Shown here piece by piece: positions 62,793 to 64,000 of a DNA stretch of 64,000 bases. The first letter of the stretch is position 1; each line of letters begins with the position of its first letter. Source of the DNA: the human T2T-CHM13v2.0 reference genome, Homo sapiens. Below the pieces are notes generated by a model. That model was not told where the DNA came from. It saw nothing but the letters and a program-made list of their open reading frames with translations, and ran no database searches. The stretch lies in the NCBI RefSeq assembly GCF_009914755.1, contig NC_060931.1; one strand, written 5' to 3'. The position numbers and the translations under genes were made by a program.

Positions 62793-64000
62793 TGGATATA
62801 TTCAGACAGAATTTCTTTAGATTTAACGGAATAGATAAATGTACTAATCATGAAGACAACTAAGAGCCAACTTCTTTTAAAACAAAGACTTTATCAAGTT
62901 TCCAGGAGTTTTTTTTAGTTTTTAATGGACAACTCATTACTTATGTCTAAAGAAAGCACTTCTTACTTAATTGTAGCATGTACATACATTTTCCTATATC
63001 ATATGTCTCTTGCATTAAAATTTTTGATTAACCTCATAATGACTTCACTGACATTACCTAAAGTGGTGAGAAATTAATCTCTAAGGCATACAGAGGAATG
63101 TTGGATGTGTGGAATTCTTTTTAATCCAAAAAATGAAAAGCACTTAAGATTCTCTGCCCAAGATGTGCTCTTAGAATAATTTTACTCTGATATTGGTTGC
63201 AAAAAAGCATTTTTATTTTTTTTTAAAATAATGCTTCTCAGCTTTGACTGACAGATATTTTAAACATGACCTCTCCCATTCTGTTTTGAACGATGATTTG
63301 TAAGTAAATATCTCATACTCTTTAAGTTCAAATGATAGCTGCCTCTGAGGCAGTCATGCATGAGGACACGTGTGGTGTGTATTCTGCTGGCACTACCCTT
63401 TCTCCACACATTTTCAAAATTTCTCTTTGGTAGAATCATCACAGAGCCAGAAGGAAAATGGGTCTCTTCATTATAGTTACAAATCCCCAAAATGTTATTA
63501 TCCAGTTTGATGGTCTACTTTATCTACCAGACCTCATTTCACATCATTTCAGACTATTTCTAAAAATCCCGAAAATTAATCCCTCCCTCCAAATAAAACT
63601 TTGTAACAATATTTTGAAAAAAAAAATTCTACCCTTATTTAACTAGTAGGTTACTTGACCAATACCCTGCTACAGAGATGTCTTTTTAAATTTTCACCAG
63701 TAAAGAAATAAAACATTTTCTTACATTCAATTGTCACTAATACATTGGTTCTTTGTGGAGGTATCAACACGCACACACACACTACACTACAATATAGTGT
63801 CAATAAAAATAGAAATCAACCACATATTTCACTAAGATCATGATCCTAAAAATGATTATCTCTAGAGAACAGTATTTAAGAGGACACTGTCATTTTCAGA
63901 CATGTTTTAAAAATCAAACTCATTTTGTAGCAGAATTACAGAATAATGTTTTAATTAAATTTGTTTCTCAAAAACTATCAGATTTTTATTTCTTTTGGGG

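Overview
Human (primate) genomic DNA containing the intronless Frizzled-1 gene. The FZD1 CDS is 8726..10669 (+, 647 aa); the ORF track's 8675 start is an upstream GTG. It lies in a CpG island (~7.3-11.5 kb) and has a long 3' UTR with several polyA signals, the most distal being ATTAAA at 15146. Upstream is the 5' part of a minus-strand, internally deleted L1PA element. The ~49 kb downstream shows no protein-coding gene. It is a mosaic of Alu, MIR, L1, L2, MaLR/ERVL solo LTRs and hAT/Tigger DNA-transposon fossils, several nested and with readable target-site duplications, separated by unique stretches that may hold enhancers and CTCF sites. I see no new multi-gene system. The best candidate for an undescribed mechanism is the FZD1 5' leader, which has exactly two upstream ATGs in the same frame. 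One opens a 33-aa uORF with 12 consecutive arginines (below the ORF-track cutoff). The other opens a 65-aa Arg-rich uORF that stops just inside FZD1 (ATG-GC-TGA), an ATF4-like layout. Other unexplained structures are a dispersed 61-bp direct repeat with a 16-bp palindromic core, a 33-bp-stem hairpin between inverted Alus, and a perfect 36-bp-arm AT-rich palindrome. Repeat subfamily names are from recalled consensus sequences and need Dfam/RepeatMasker confirmation; repeat boundaries without TSD support are approximate.
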